From Callorhinchus milii (taxonomy: Eukaryota): DNA of 37,844 nucleotides. Below the pieces are notes generated by a model. It searched no databases. It saw only the letters and a program-made list of their open reading frames with translations, and was not told the DNA's origin. Positions 37,042 through 37,844 of the stretch are shown here, in pieces. Both the position numbers and the translations under genes were made by a program. The stretch's first letter is position 1; every line of letters begins with the position of its first letter. The DNA is taken from the NCBI RefSeq assembly GCF_018977255.1, contig NW_024705515.1:1-37844 (forward strand), read 5' to 3'.

Positions 37042-37804
37042 GTACAGCCTTTCTAAAGGGTCAACATATATTTTATCAACACAGGGGCCGTGTTAGAACG
37101 ATTGTTCTACATCTGTTTGACTCGTAAATTACTTTTTAAATAAAAAAAGGATTGGTGAAAATCGGCATGGGCGATAGTACCAACAAATATCACAATGTGA
37201 ACAAACCAACTCGTGGTTCAACATAACTCATCAGGTTTTTCTGTCAGGCTCTGCCAGTAATCATCATTTACACAAAGCACTTGAAGGGGCAGAAAAACTC
37301 CTTCTACACTGTCCATTTCTCAGCCTCACAGAGGTAAAGGGACACCAATCTTAACAGTAATTATCGCAGAGGTATTCCTTCTGGGCATTTGGGTAAAATT
37401 TTCAAATTCATGCTAAATACAGACAGATTATGAACCGTGTTTATAATCTGTGGTTTCTGTTATTATTTCCCTCCTCATTCTGTCAGAGCTTCATTACGCA
37501 GCAGTTGCTGTTAAGCCGTTTGGAAAGTAACATTAACATGTATGAATAATCTAGTATTGTGTTGTTTTGAATCTTGGTAAAACACGTGGAGGTATGTTCA
37601 TATTCCGCATCACTGCCTGAGTCTCCTGAGATGAATAGTCATGTAGATTTCTGACTCTACACCTGTGATCATTCTTTCAGGTTTAACCTGTTTGCTGTCT
37701 GTAACCAATGGTTCTGTCAATCACCAATCGCTATGCCTTTCGTTTGTATTGTTAAACTTATTTTTATCATAATAATTCCTATTGCGTTAACTCTTCCACT
37801 GCAG

Positions 37805-37844
37805 AATATAATTCCCTAAAGTTAGTCGGTGGAAACAACAACTG
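37805..37844 (+). CDS. Start of the next SRCR exon (E), cut by the window edge
   Basis: Acceptor ctcttccactgcag; phase 1 reads EYNSLKLVGGNNNC, matching the LRLVGG-x3-C SRCR start. Confidence 0.8.

Noticed and set aside
37487..37530. Acceptor followed by ELHYAAV (ITIM-like)
   Set aside because: No transmembrane exon precedes it and another SRCR exon follows at 37805, so it is likely intronic chance.
15167..37844. Assigning DMBT1, CD163 or WC1 as the gene symbol
   Set aside because: The C-terminal architecture (CUB/ZP or TM) lies outside the window, so orthology cannot be determined.

Overview
Eukaryotic, intron-rich vertebrate DNA. The repeat content (tRNA-headed Deu-type SINE plus L2 and CR1 LINEs) suggests a cartilaginous fish such as a chimaera or elephant shark; this is an inference. 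The main feature is the 5' part of a + strand multi-exon group-B scavenger-receptor cysteine-rich (SRCR) gene of the DMBT1/CD163/WC1-like type. It has a signal-peptide exon (15167-15212), a 33-nt exon (23296-23328), six phase-1/phase-1 SRCR exons (A, B, A', B', C, D) and the start of a seventh at the window edge. A ~4.6-kb tandem duplication copies exon2+A+B, and the A' copy carries a nonsense codon. The domains are structurally unusual. A, B, C and their copies have lost the C2-C7 cysteine pair and have variable Gly/Ser/Tyr or acidic loops at those positions, whereas D keeps C2-C7 but has deleted the C5-C6 loop in frame. The 5' 14 kb is mostly repeats, including an L2 flanked exactly by ~2-kb direct repeats, a SINE with a 42-bp TSD, and three L2 copies sharing one frameshift. 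All alignments and identities were judged by eye.
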